Positions 18,821 through 28,696 of a stretch of 64,000 nt of DNA are shown here, in pieces; within the stretch, counting starts at the first letter, position 1; each line of letters begins with the position of its first letter. The DNA is from Nitrososphaerota archaeon (lineage in GTDB: Archaea; Thermoproteota; Nitrososphaeria_A; Caldarchaeales; Caldarchaeaceae), in contig JBEPYN010000002.1 in the NCBI GenBank assembly GCA_041641305.1, forward strand, positions 224,001-288,000, written 5' to 3'. The notes under the pieces were generated by a model. It did no database searches. It saw only the letters and a program-made list of their open reading frames with translations, and was not told where the DNA came from. Made by a program: the position numbers and the translations under genes.

Positions 18821-20086
18821 ATGGCTAAGCTCGTCGCCGAGTATTTGCCTGTTCCGAGGCAGGAGGGGACTGAGTTTTGGAACAGGACGAGGATTGAGCA
18901 TATCAGGCAGTTGGCTAGGTTTGGGGAGCCTGTCTGGGTATGGGATAAGGCTAAGTATTCTTCGCGGCGGCTTCTCGACAGGCTGTTTTTCAGGGCCGAG
19001 CTCGAGGAAAATGAGGACGGCTCATTCGAGCCCGTGGAAGACATAGATACATCGGTCTTCATGGCGGGCGGCGGAATCTCTCTCACCACACCCATCTACC
19101 TCGGCGACATGAGCTTCGGAGCCCTCAGCGGCATCCCCAACATCGCCCTCGCCCGTGCCGCGGATTTGACGGGTATCTTGACGGGGACGGGGGAGGGTGG
19201 TCTTCATCCCGAGGTGAGGAAGTGTAGGAGAATTACTGTGCAGTGGGCTTCTGCACGCTTTGGTGTGGATATCGATGTTCTCAACACCGGTATGGGCATT
19301 GTTATCAAGATTGGGCAGGGTGCTAAGCCCGGCATAGGAGGCCACCTGCCCGGAGTGAAGGTGTCACGTCTCATCTCAGAGACAAGACGCATACCCGTGG
19401 GTGTCGACGCCATCTCCCCAGCGCCACATCATGACATCTACTCCATCGAGGACCTTGGTCAACGGATTATGGCGTTGAAGCAGGCGACGGGCAAGCCTGT
19501 CTTCGTCAAGGTCGGTGTGACGAACTACATCGGCTACATCGCTTGTGGGGTTGCGCGGATGGGTGCGGATGGGATTATTATGGATGGGCAGGGTGCTGGG
19601 ACGGGTGCGACGCCCGCTGTTGTGAGGAATAATGTTGGGCTGCCTGTTGAGATAGCTGTTCCTGTGGTTGATGATATGCTTAGGCGCGAGGGACTGCGTG
19701 AAGACTTCTCCGTGGTTGCCGCGGGCCGTGTGAGCAGCGCCGAGGACACCGCGAAACTGATTGCGTTGGGCGCGGACCTTGTCTCACTCGGAACAGCCTC
19801 GCTTATTGCGATGGGCTGCATCATGGTGCACAAATGCCACCTCGGCTTCTGCCCCGCTGTGCTGACAAACAAAATCGAGGACAACCCGGTGAAGCTGCTG
19901 TCACTCGAAACAGCGACCAACTGGGTTGTGAACATGGTGAAGGGCTGGACGGCTGAGCTTAGGCTCATACTCGCGAGGCTGGGTATGAAGAGCCTGGCGG
20001 AGCTGCGTGGACGGAGGGATTTGCTGGTCGCACGCGGGGTCGAGCGGGATCAGCTCAGCATAATGGGGGTGAAGCCGCTTGCTTAG
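18821..20086 (+). CDS. gltB: Glutamate synthase FMN-binding (GltB2-like) subunit
   Basis: [55 protein letters not shown]-x5-C-x4-C 3Fe-4S motif. Confidence 0.93.
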   Translation: MAKLVAEYLPVPRQEGTEFWNRTRIEHIRQLARFGEPVWVWDKAKYSSRRLLDRLFFRAELEENEDGSFEPVEDIDTSVFMAGGGISLTTPIYLGDMSFGALSGIPNIALARAADLTGILTGTGEGGLHPEVRKCRRITVQWASARFGVDIDVLNTGMGIVIKIGQGAKPGIGGHLPGVKVSRLISETRRIPVGVDAISPAPHHDIYSIEDLGQRIMALKQATGKPVFVKVGVTNYIGYIACGVARMGADGIIMDGQGAGTGATPAVVRNNVGLPVEIAVPVVDDMLRREGLREDFSVVAAGRVSSAEDTAKLIALGADLVSLGTASLIAMGCIMVHKCHLGFCPAVLTNKIEDNPVKLLSLETATNWVVNMVKGWTAELRLILARLGMKSLAELRGRRDLLVARGVERDQLSIMGVKPLA

Positions 20087-21035
20087 AGGATGGACAGAGG
20101 CCCGTGTAAAACATCTGCAGGAGATGGCCGGCGTCGTGGGCAAGCAGCCCGCGGAGCCGCCGATAGTGAGCATGGGCAGCACGGGGCCGCCATACGTCGA
20201 AGAACCCTACTTCATCCGCGACCACATAGTAACAGATGGGGCGCAGGTCACGAGACCCAGCATAGACCCCTACCGCGAACCCGTCGAAACACACGTCTAC
20301 CTCTGCGGAGGAGTGGTCAGGCTTTCGATGCCGATAGTTGTTAAGCTCGGCCCCCATCTCTCAAACGGCTTCAGAGAAGGTGTTGTCCGTGCATGCTATT
20401 GCATGGGTGTGTTGGCGATGGTTGACAAACCCACAGGCCTCGAGAAATATGGGGAAGGGCTTCTCATAGACCACGCATACGTCGGCGACAGAGTTTACGC
20501 AGGCTGCTACGGTGAACCAAGTCGATGCAGAAAATCCGGTAAACCTTTCTTCGCTCATGTAAGAGCCGCGACGGATTTTTCCTGGCTCGGTTCTGTTTTG
20601 GCGCATGTTTCAGGGGTTGTTGTTGACGAGGATTTGGGTGGAGATGACGAGGTTGAGGTTGTTGTCTCGCTGTTGGACAGGGAGCTTCGGAGGCTTGGTT
20701 TCCGCAACTCCGTGAGCTTGGTCGCTGGTGGATGGAGCGTGAGAGGAGCCGACGACGTGTTCAAGCTCGTGGCCCTCGGAGCGGACGCCGTCATGCTCTC
20801 CACATGCGTCGAAAAAGCCCTCGAACCACTTCTCACACACGACGCCTACCACGTGCAGGAAAAGATGGAAAACCTACTCCTCGGACTTCAACGAGAAATT
20901 AAGCTGCTCGCGGGAGCGGCCGGCGTCTCAAACATCTTCAATACCTTGGTGGGTAACAGAGAGCTGCTAAGAGCTGTTGAGCTGCCCCGGGAAATAAGAA
21001 CACTTCTCAGTATCAAGTTGGCCGGCGAGGGGTAA
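20079..21035 (+). CDS. Degenerate glutamate synthase FMN-barrel paralogue
   Basis: [39 protein letters not shown] retained; catalytic and Fe-S motifs absent. Confidence 0.75.
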   Translation: MLRGWTEARVKHLQEMAGVVGKQPAEPPIVSMGSTGPPYVEEPYFIRDHIVTDGAQVTRPSIDPYREPVETHVYLCGGVVRLSMPIVVKLGPHLSNGFREGVVRACYCMGVLAMVDKPTGLEKYGEGLLIDHAYVGDRVYAGCYGEPSRCRKSGKPFFAHVRAATDFSWLGSVLAHVSGVVVDEDLGGDDEVEVVVSLLDRELRRLGFRNSVSLVAGGWSVRGADDVFKLVALGADAVMLSTCVEKALEPLLTHDAYHVQEKMENLLLGLQREIKLLAGAAGVSNIFNTLVGNRELLRAVELPREIRTLLSIKLAGEG

Positions 21036-21037
21036 GA

Positions 21038-23083
21038 ATGGAGACGAGGCGGGAGATATCTGCATGCGGGATACTCGGCGTTCTACGTAGAAGGGATGCT
21101 GAGAAGGTGAGGGCTGAGGAAGCGGTTTCGTCGATTGAATGCGTGCGGTTCCGGGGAAGCAGATACGGCGCAGGCTTCGCCGCCTACAACCTCGACGGCA
21201 ACAACGGAATGCATAAACTCAAAATATTCATAGACTCTGAAAACACGCTTTCACATGTAAAGAAGGTTCTCAAGACACGTGTTGACGGCGGATTCTATGA
21301 GCTGGGGTTCGACAGCTTCTCGACAAGTAGGTTCGCATCGTGGAGCGCCTACGTGGAGACAGCCGAGGAAACGTTGAGGAAACTTGTCGACAGTATCAAC
21401 TACGAGCTCTGGAACGCGGGGATGCGTGGAAGAGTTTATTCGTGGGGCAGGTTTGCCGAGGTCTTCAAAGGCGTCGGATACCCTGTGGACGTCTCCAACA
21501 TGTATGGCTTGACTGAGAAAAACCTCGAGGCGGATATGTGGATAGCTCATACACGGCAGCCCACCAACTCTCCAGGCGTCTACCCCATTTGGTCACATCC
21601 ATTCGCGAGCCAAGAATGGGCGATAGCGCACAACGGGGACATCAGCAGCTTCGGCGCAAACATGGAGTTCATCAAGTTCCGCGGCTACCGGAGCTTCGTC
21701 GGAACAGACAGCGAGCTCATAGCCTATCTCCTCGACTACCTCACCAACATACAGCAACTATCCATCATCAAAGCAGCTCAGATACTCGTTAACGGGTTTG
21801 AAGACGACCTTGACAGAGTGGATGAATATGTTCGCATGCGTGGAGCAGGCCTCGACGGCCCATTCAGCGCGGTCGCGGGATACTGCGACGGCGAAGACGT
21901 CTACATGCTCGCCTTGGCTGACAGGTCAAAATTCAGGCCGCTCGTAGTCGGCTACGACGAGAAGAGAATCTATATCGCGAGTGAGGAGGCGGAGATACGG
22001 CAGAATTCTCCCGACGCGGTTGTGTGGCCCGTTAAGCCAGGCGGAATTTTCCTCGCCTCTTTGAAGAAAGGCATAGTCTTGTCCGGGAGAGAGAACATCC
22101 GCTACTATTATCAGCCAAGAACAGAGAAGCCGCCGCATGCTGGCACGATTGTCAACGCAGCGGGATTAGATTATCGACGCGTCAACAGAATAATTGCCGA
22201 GTTTTTTGCAAAAGGTGTGGAAAAAGTGGATGTTGTTAACGTAAATGGGCATAGGTACCTCGGGGTCAACGTGCCTGCTGGCCGTGTTCTCAACATCTAT
22301 GGCACGGCGGGAAACTGTGTGGCCAACTTCAACAGAGGAGGCTTGATAACGGTTTACGGGAATGCGGAGGATGATGTCGCGGATGCGATGGTTGGCGGCC
22401 GTGTAGTCATTCATGGGAACGCGGGCGACGTTTTGGCGCAGGCTTTCCAAGCAGGTGAAATCTTCGTTCGGGGAAGCGCGGGCAACAGGGTGGCTATCCA
22501 GATGCGTGAATTCCGTGAACACAGGCCCTATCTCATAATCGGCGGGAGGGTTGATGACTATCTCGGCGAATACATGGCGGGTGGTGTTGTAGCGGTTCTG
22601 GGTGTGGACAGCTTTGACAGCGACGAATGCTTGGTTGGACGGTGTGTGGCCACGGGGATGGTCGGCGGCGTCATCTACGTCAGAGGCCGTGTCGATAGAT
22701 GGCGGATAGGGCTGCAGCCCCCGAGAGAAGACGTCAAGAGATACCTCCGCGGCCTCCTGCTCGAAGGCCAAATAGACCAGCCAACATACACAAAACTCAT
22801 CACACTAGAGAAGCTAACCATCCAAGACCTCCGCGAAAACCTCCCACCCGAACCCTTCAAACGTATATCAAAACTCTACACCTCAAAATACTACAGAGAG
22901 CATCTCGTGTCCTATCGCTGGCTCGGCGAAGCAGACTTGAAGCCTCTCGGCAACGTTCTCCAACGTTTCTGCAGGGAGTTTGGCCTCGGAGAGGATGTGT
23001 ATCAACGGTTGCTCGAGGAGAAATACACCGTCATAAGGGTGGCTGGAGGGGCCTCAGACATCCTGTTGCCCGAGGAAGGCTAA
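21038..23083 (+). CDS. Class II glutamine amidotransferase fused to GXGXG domain (GltB1+GltB3)
   Basis: ACGILG Ntn Cys, AHTRQPTN, SHPF, HNGDI, TDSE, DGPF, DR..FRP; C-terminal Gly-rich beta-helix repeats and GEYMAGG. Confidence 0.9.
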   Translation: METRREISACGILGVLRRRDAEKVRAEEAVSSIECVRFRGSRYGAGFAAYNLDGNNGMHKLKIFIDSENTLSHVKKVLKTRVDGGFYELGFDSFSTSRFASWSAYVETAEETLRKLVDSINYELWNAGMRGRVYSWGRFAEVFKGVGYPVDVSNMYGLTEKNLEADMWIAHTRQPTNSPGVYPIWSHPFASQEWAIAHNGDISSFGANMEFIKFRGYRSFVGTDSELIAYLLDYLTNIQQLSIIKAAQILVNGFEDDLDRVDEYVRMRGAGLDGPFSAVAGYCDGEDVYMLALADRSKFRPLVVGYDEKRIYIASEEAEIRQNSPDAVVWPVKPGGIFLASLKKGIVLSGRENIRYYYQPRTEKPPHAGTIVNAAGLDYRRVNRIIAEFFAKGVEKVDVVNVNGHRYLGVNVPAGRVLNIYGTAGNCVANFNRGGLITVYGNAEDDVADAMVGGRVVIHGNAGDVLAQAFQAGEIFVRGSAGNRVAIQMREFREHRPYLIIGGRVDDYLGEYMAGGVVAVLGVDSFDSDECLVGRCVATGMVGGVIYVRGRVDRWRIGLQPPREDVKRYLRGLLLEGQIDQPTYTKLITLEKLTIQDLRENLPPEPFKRISKLYTSKYYREHLVSYRWLGEADLKPLGNVLQRFCREFGLGEDVYQRLLEEKYTVIRVAGGASDILLPEEG

Positions 23084-23448
23084 ACCTCGAGAAGTTTGGC
23101 CAAAGCCTCGACGGTCGTTATCCCGAAGCGTCTAAGCACACGCAACCGTCTATGATAGCTCTCGTCAACCTCGTAACCCATCTGCCTCAGCAGCCGAGAA
23201 ACCCTCTTCATACTCCTTATACCCTCGCTGTCAAAATCGAGAAGCAGAATGATTTTACGCGGCCGAGGCATCCTATCCAACTCTCCCCAAAACCTGCTAA
23301 CATGAATAATCCTACCAAGAAACCCAGCGGCGCGCAGAGCCCTCTCATCCCTAACACCCTCCACAAGAACAACAACGTCTTCGACTGCTTCCGCTACAAG
23401 ATTCTCGAGTGTTTTTCGAAATTCTTCATAATGCATTTCGTCGAGCAT
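23080..23448 (-). CDS. Small TOPRIM-domain protein
   Basis: VLVEG.RD..AL and ILLLDFD.EG TOPRIM motifs. Confidence 0.88.
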   Translation of the reverse strand: MLDEMHYEEFRKTLENLVAEAVEDVVVLVEGVRDERALRAAGFLGRIIHVSRFWGELDRMPRPRKIILLLDFDSEGIRSMKRVSRLLRQMGYEVDESYHRRLRVLRRFGITTVEALAKLLEV

Positions 23449-23642
23449 GATGAGACGCCGTCCAACAAGATGCTCATCAGATGATTAATTTTAGTTTTCT
23501 AACTTTTGGAAAGTGTAAGTTTTTGCATATGAGTTGGCCAAAAATGGCTTGAAAATCGCGTGTTGATACATACGAGCGTATTACCTTTAGTTATAACATG
23601 TCAAGTCACCAGCTGGGAGCAAATGGAGGTGATGGGAAGGAG

Positions 23643-23789
23643 ATGAAGGTTGTAACGGTGCATTTGCCCGAGCCGTATCTACAAGCCATCGACGAGTTGG
23701 TGAAACGCAGACTCTATCCCAACCGGGCAGAGGCCATACGCATGGCCCTAAGAGACTTCATCCGCACGGAGGTACAGATAAGTGAGTAG
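23643..23789 (+). CDS. cdrS: Ribbon-helix-helix regulator, CdrS-like
   Basis: MKVVTVHLPE.YL..IDELV....YPNRAEAIR.A.RD RHH signature; overlaps ftsZ start. Confidence 0.8.
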   Translation: MKVVTVHLPEPYLQAIDELVKRRLYPNRAEAIRMALRDFIRTEVQISE

Positions 23790-24867
23790 CGTAGAAGAAC
23801 TCACACAGGCGACAGAGGAGATAAGAATCAAGCTAATCGGAGTAGGCGGAGCAGGATGCAACACAGTCAACAGGCTTAACGCGCTCGGCCTGACAGGCGT
23901 ATACACAATAGCCGCGAACACAGACCTGCAGCATCTCGACATGGTGAGAGCCGACAAGAAGATTTTACTCGGCAAATCGGTTACACGGCTCCGTGGCGCA
24001 GGAGGCGACCCAATCCGCGGAAGAAAAGCCGCTGAAGAATCGGAGGAGGAGATCCGAAGGGCCCTCGAGGGAGCTGACATCGTCTTCCTCGCGGCAGGGC
24101 TTGGAGGTGGAACAGGAACAGGTGCGGCGCCGGTTGTCGCACGCATAGCACGTGAAGAAGGCGCGACGGTGGTCGGTGTAGTCTCTCTTCCCTTTGTTTT
24201 CGAGGGCATGGTGAGGAAAAGAATTGCTCAGGCAGGTCTTGAGGAGCTGAAAAACTACACAAACACATCGGTCGTCGTCGACAACAACAAGCTCCTCGAC
24301 CTCTATCCACAGCACAACCTGCGGAGAGCTTTCAGCCTCGCCGACGAAGTCATCAGCAACATGATACAGAGCATAACCGAGTCCATCGCCAAACCCGGCC
24401 TCATAAACATCGACTACGAAGACTTCAAGACAGTAGTTAGCAGAGGCAAGCTGGCATCGCTGGGAGTAGGCCGCTCCTCCACCCCCAACAGAGCCGAGGA
24501 AGCCACGTTCAACGCGCTCCAGTCCCCGCTCCTCGACGCATCCTACGAAGGCCTCTCAGGCGCCATAGTCCACGTCTGCGGCGGAGAAGACATGCAGCTC
24601 GCGGAAGCTGCGCGGCCGGCAGAGATTGTCTCGGAACTGATGGGTGATGACGGGTTGGTGATATGGGGTGCGCGGATAGACGACACCCTCAGCTCAACGA
24701 TGCAGGTCTCGCTGATACTCACAGGCCTCTCCTCAACCGAGCAAGTCGTAGAAATCAACGAGATAACCCCCGCAAGCGTCGACCAGCGGATCAGCGACGA
24801 AAACGGAGAAGAAATAGACAGGATACTGGAGCAGCTGGGCATCAAGCCCGTCTCCCAGATCCCATAA
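23782..24867 (+). CDS. ftsZ: Cell division protein FtsZ
   Basis: IGVGGAGCN, ANTD.QHL, GAGGDP..G, GLGGGTGTGAAP, PF.FEG..R, T7 loop NIDYED. Confidence 0.96.
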   Translation: MSSVEELTQATEEIRIKLIGVGGAGCNTVNRLNALGLTGVYTIAANTDLQHLDMVRADKKILLGKSVTRLRGAGGDPIRGRKAAEESEEEIRRALEGADIVFLAAGLGGGTGTGAAPVVARIAREEGATVVGVVSLPFVFEGMVRKRIAQAGLEELKNYTNTSVVVDNNKLLDLYPQHNLRRAFSLADEVISNMIQSITESIAKPGLINIDYEDFKTVVSRGKLASLGVGRSSTPNRAEEATFNALQSPLLDASYEGLSGAIVHVCGGEDMQLAEAARPAEIVSELMGDDGLVIWGARIDDTLSSTMQVSLILTGLSSTEQVVEINEITPASVDQRISDENGEEIDRILEQLGIKPVSQIP

Positions 24868-24902
24868 AACAAAAAACCACCTTTTTATCATTTTATTCTC
24901 TG

Positions 24903-25676
24903 TTGAAGAGAAGGGTTGAGCAGAGTGTTTTAGGGCTTTTGACGAGTCGCCGCTCTATACGCCGTTTCCGCAAGTCTTCGATGAGTGAGGAGGTCCTCGG
25001 CATGATTGTGGAGAGTGGGCAGATGGCTCCATCCTATTTCCAAGCATATTCAATCATCTGGCTCAGGTCTGAGCAGTTGGTTGACGCCGTGCATGATGTC
25101 TGTGGCTCCGAGGCCATCAAACAGGCTTCCGCGGTTCTCCTCATATGCTTGGATTTTAACAGGCTAAGCGTTTTAGCGGAAACAGTTTCCTCGGAGAATT
25201 TCCTCAAGCTTGACACATATCCAGCCGAGACGCTGTTATCTGTTTTTGAGCTGGGGCTGGTTGTCGAGAACATGGTTATCGCCTCCGAGGCCCTTGGCTA
25301 CGGCACGCTGCTGCTTGACTGCGGCATATTCGAGTGCGAGAGATTATCAGCCTTGCTGAAGCTGCCGACTGGAGTGGTCCCCATAGTTCTTCTCTTGATA
25401 GGTGAAAAAGATGAAACGCCTCCGCCTCGGCCTAGGTGGCCTCTCCAAAACATTCTCCACATCGACGGCTACAAACCAGTAACAAGCGAAGAGGCGCGAA
25501 AATACATCGCAACAGCCGACCAAATCCTCTCAAGCGAAAGCTATCTCAAAAAATATGCAAACTTCTCGGGAACCTATCCCGAATACCTCGCCGAGCAGCT
25601 GCGCGCAAACAAGGAGATCAAACAGTCATACGCCGCTCTCTCATCTTTTCTGAGAAAACAGGGGGTAAAAGTTTAG
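24903..25676 (+). CDS. Nitroreductase family protein
   Basis: SRRSIRRF, APS...Q, ENMVIASEALGYG, L.LP..V.P...L.IG, PRPR; start TTG 24903 approximate. Confidence 0.85.
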   Translation: MKRRVEQSVLGLLTSRRSIRRFRKSSMSEEVLGMIVESGQMAPSYFQAYSIIWLRSEQLVDAVHDVCGSEAIKQASAVLLICLDFNRLSVLAETVSSENFLKLDTYPAETLLSVFELGLVVENMVIASEALGYGTLLLDCGIFECERLSALLKLPTGVVPIVLLLIGEKDETPPPRPRWPLQNILHIDGYKPVTSEEARKYIATADQILSSESYLKKYANFSGTYPEYLAEQLRANKEIKQSYAALSSFLRKQGVKV

Positions 25677-25715
25677 CCAGAGTCGTTTAAATTCTCCGCA
25701 AACCGAGAACCGCCG

Positions 25716-26777
25716 ATGAGCTTAGAGGAAGAGGTCATATCCATCATATCCGAATACGTGGAGCCTATAGAGGAAGCGGTTGAGAAGCTCACACCAAAAA
25801 TATTTGACACAGGCTTTCTCGTTAAGGAGTTTGGTGAACCTGTTTACCGCTACAGCCCCGAGTCTTTTACCGAGGGGCTGGCGAAACCGTTTTGGGAGCT
25901 TTTCAGGAGAGGTGGCAAGAGATGGAGGCCGGCTCTTGCTGTGATAGTCTATGAGGCGCTGGGCGGCAGGGACCCGGGCATCTACACCTTGGCCGCTGTT
26001 CCCGAAATCATCCACAACGCCACCCTGATAGTTGACGACGTCGAGGACGGCAGCCTCATGAGAAGAGGAGAGCCATGCATCCACCGCATCTACGGCATAG
26101 ACATCGCCATCAACGCAGGCAATGCCTACTACTACATCCCAGTATACATGGCCGCAAAAAAGCTGCCCAAAACAGTTGCCACACTCTTTCTCGAGAAATA
26201 CCTTGAGACGATGACAAGGCTCAGCCTCGGCCAAACCATGGACATCGTCTGGCACAGAGGCCTTGTCTCAGACATCACCGAGGAGCATTATCTCCAGATG
26301 GCGGCGTTCAAGACAGGTGCTTTGTCACGGTTCGCCGTAGAGCTTGCAGCCATATACGCCGAACGCCAAGACCTTCTCGATGAGCTCGGGTTATTCGGCG
26401 AAGTCGTCGGAACAGCTTTCCAGATACAGGACGATTACCTCAACATCTTCGGCGAAGAAGCCAAATACGGCAAGGAGATAGGCGGCGACATCACCGAGGG
26501 CAAATACACCCTGATGACCGTGTATGCTCTTGCGCATCTACCCGCCGAGAAAGCCTCACGGCTCAGACAAATACTTCAGAAGCACACATCCGACAGACAA
26601 GAGCTCGAGGAAGCGATAAGGCTCATCAGAGAATCCGGCGCAGACAAGTATGCACGTGAGGTTATGCGGCGAAGCGTTCAAGAGGCATGGAACAGAGTTG
26701 AGCCTCTTCTTCCCGAGACACCTGCAAAAACAAAGCTCAAAAAACTCGCCACATTCCTCATAGAGAGAACCCTCTAA
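25716..26777 (+). CDS. Polyprenyl diphosphate synthase
   Basis: GGKRWRP, HNATLIVDDVED..RRG, GQTMD, KTG, FQIQDD, GK..GGDI.EGK. Confidence 0.93.
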   Translation: MSLEEEVISIISEYVEPIEEAVEKLTPKIFDTGFLVKEFGEPVYRYSPESFTEGLAKPFWELFRRGGKRWRPALAVIVYEALGGRDPGIYTLAAVPEIIHNATLIVDDVEDGSLMRRGEPCIHRIYGIDIAINAGNAYYYIPVYMAAKKLPKTVATLFLEKYLETMTRLSLGQTMDIVWHRGLVSDITEEHYLQMAAFKTGALSRFAVELAAIYAERQDLLDELGLFGEVVGTAFQIQDDYLNIFGEEAKYGKEIGGDITEGKYTLMTVYALAHLPAEKASRLRQILQKHTSDRQELEEAIRLIRESGADKYAREVMRRSVQEAWNRVEPLLPETPAKTKLKKLATFLIERTL

Positions 26778-26809
26778 AAACACATAAGCAGGCTGCGACA
26801 ACGAGTGCC

Positions 26810-27298
26810 GTGAGCGTTAAGATAGAGGTTGTTAGTGTTGAGATTCCCGAGGGCTGCAACGTGGTCTTCGGCGTCTCGCACTTCATCAAAACCGTTGAAG
26901 ACATTTACGAGGCGGTTGTTAACACCGTTCCTGGCGCTAAGTTTGGGCTTGCGTTTATGGAGGCGAGCGGCGAATGCCTCGTCCGACATGAGGGAACTGA
27001 CCCGGAGCTGCGGAGACACGCCGCCGAAACCATGCTCAAAATAGGCTGCGGCCACGCCTTCATCCTCTTCATAAAAGGCTTCTACCCCATCAACATCATG
27101 CAGCGGCTCAAAGACGTGCCCGAGGTATGCACAATCCTCGCCGCGACAGCCAACCCCCTCCAGATAATAGTCGCCGAGACGGAGCAGGGCCGCGGAGTCC
27201 TCGGAGTAGTCGACGGACACAAGCCAAAAGGCATCGAAGACGAGAAGCACATCGAAGCCCGCAAACAATTCCTAAGAAAAATAGGCTACAAGCTATAG
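26810..27298 (+). CDS. Adenosine-specific kinase family (DUF355) protein
   Basis: SHFIKTVEDIYEA, FGLAF.EASG, GCGH.F, ATANPL, GRGVLGVVDG, RKIGYK. Confidence 0.88.
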   Translation: MSVKIEVVSVEIPEGCNVVFGVSHFIKTVEDIYEAVVNTVPGAKFGLAFMEASGECLVRHEGTDPELRRHAAETMLKIGCGHAFILFIKGFYPINIMQRLKDVPEVCTILAATANPLQIIVAETEQGRGVLGVVDGHKPKGIEDEKHIEARKQFLRKIGYKL

Positions 27299-27819
27299 AT
27301 TTTCACCAATTTTTTCACCATTCGCCTGTAACGCGGCATATCATCAAATATCCACGAGTTTATTCCATTCATTCTGATAGGCTTTGTCTCCAACACCTCT
27401 CTAACCTCCTCTTCCGTGAAAGCTTTTATGTAGTGGCTGGGTTTTTTGAGAAGAAGAATTCTACGATACTCTATTTCGTGAAGATGTGTTATGGGAGTGC
27501 CGGGTGTTTTCTCTAGCTGGTCGAGGAGATGCTTGACGTCGTCTAGGTTGATGCTACTTTGTTTTCCTCTTCTGACCCATTCCCTGACACAAGCGTTGAA
27601 CATTCCAATCACATCGTCAACATATGGCCTGCCGCCGTTGTAATATAGCAGAACAATCGGGTGATTAAGCCAGCCGCGTAACCCGTCTCTGAGAAGACCA
27701 GCCTTCCTCAGAAAAATATTCAGAATCTGCTTGGCCTCTACACGCTGTTTACCCAGACGCAGGTCGTCGAGAACTGCGGCCGACCTACTCCAATCGACAT
27801 AGGGCCTAAAAATCTGCAT
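27286..27819 (-). CDS. Pyrimidine dimer DNA glycosylase/endonuclease V-like protein (MSMEG_6728-like)
   Basis: MQIFRPY.D...SA..LD..RLGKQRVEA.QIL...GW.NHP...EW..RG. Confidence 0.75.
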   Translation of the reverse strand: MQIFRPYVDWSRSAAVLDDLRLGKQRVEAKQILNIFLRKAGLLRDGLRGWLNHPIVLLYYNGGRPYVDDVIGMFNACVREWVRRGKQSSINLDDVKHLLDQLEKTPGTPITHLHEIEYRRILLLKKPSHYIKAFTEEEVREVLETKPIRMNGINSWIFDDMPRYRRMVKKLVKIYSL

Positions 27820-28696
27820 AACCGATCGTCAAAATTTCTGGGAAAAACGTGATGATTTTCTGGTTAACGAGCGCGAGCCAGAGAAGTCCGCCCAACGTGG
27901 TGTTGATGTATGGGAGAAACCAGTAGACACGGTTTATGTCGCGTCCAAATACCAGAACAGATAGCGGCACCGTGGGGTAGATAAGAGCCAAAAAGCTTAG
28001 AGGATGAAATCCCGTGAGAGTTACGGCTAGATATGCTAGACCACCCCAGAAAACCGTCACGAGGATCAGCGCCTTTTTTCTGCCCATGACGACGGCCGTG
28101 GTCCTGATTCCCACAGAGCGGTCGAACTCTATATCTGGAATCGCTGAGAAAATATGCATAGCAGCTATGTGTAGAAATCCTGCTAAGAGTATTAGTGGGT
28201 CGGGCAGACGACCTGAGGCGATATAGTGGCCGAATACGCCGGGCATGATGTAGAGATAGTTAGACGCGAAGTCTAGAAAGGGTCTACTCTTGAAACGTAT
28301 AGGTGGCGCGCTGTAGAAAATCGACAGAAACAAAAACCCGCCAAAGAGGATACGCGCCATGTTATCTTGAATAAGCATCAGCCCAAAGCTAATGCCAAGC
28401 ACGCCGAGAAGCATTTTCCGCAACCTAATCCTGTCCTCGCCCATGACTCGGATCTCCTTCAGATCTTTCTTGGGGTTAATGGCGTCAGTTTCCACATCAA
28501 AATAGTCGTTAACACCATAAATCAGTATGTTTGCGGGGACGAAGAAGTAGATGAGGTAAATGTAGTATTCGGGGCGGAGAAAGTCGCTGAACCCTGATGC
28601 GCCGAGAGTGTAGCCCACGACATATGGCCCCGCGGAGTAAATCCAGAAGCGGAATCGCGAAATTTTGAGCACTTTCTTGACAGTTTCTAGGGCCAT
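27806..28696 (-). CDS. UbiA-family prenyltransferase, lycopene elongase (LyeJ/CrtEb-like)
   Basis: SRFRFWIY..GP, YGVNDYFD.ETD..NPKK, YSAPP.RFK.RPFLD, AMH.FSAIPDI..D; in crt operon. Confidence 0.85.
   Translation of the reverse strand: MALETVKKVLKISRFRFWIYSAGPYVVGYTLGASGFSDFLRPEYYIYLIYFFVPANILIYGVNDYFDVETDAINPKKDLKEIRVMGEDRIRLRKMLLGVLGISFGLMLIQDNMARILFGGFLFLSIFYSAPPIRFKSRPFLDFASNYLYIMPGVFGHYIASGRLPDPLILLAGFLHIAAMHIFSAIPDIEFDRSVGIRTTAVVMGRKKALILVTVFWGGLAYLAVTLTGFHPLSFLALIYPTVPLSVLVFGRDINRVYWFLPYINTTLGGLLWLALVNQKIITFFPEILTIGYADF

Noticed and set aside
22699-23484. 261-aa + strand ORF
   Set aside because: Overlaps two well-supported genes; Pro/Arg-rich shadow translation.
24663-24902. N-terminal extension of the nitroreductase ORF
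   Set aside because: Overlaps the ftsZ 3' end in another frame; the family motif starts at SRRSIRRF.
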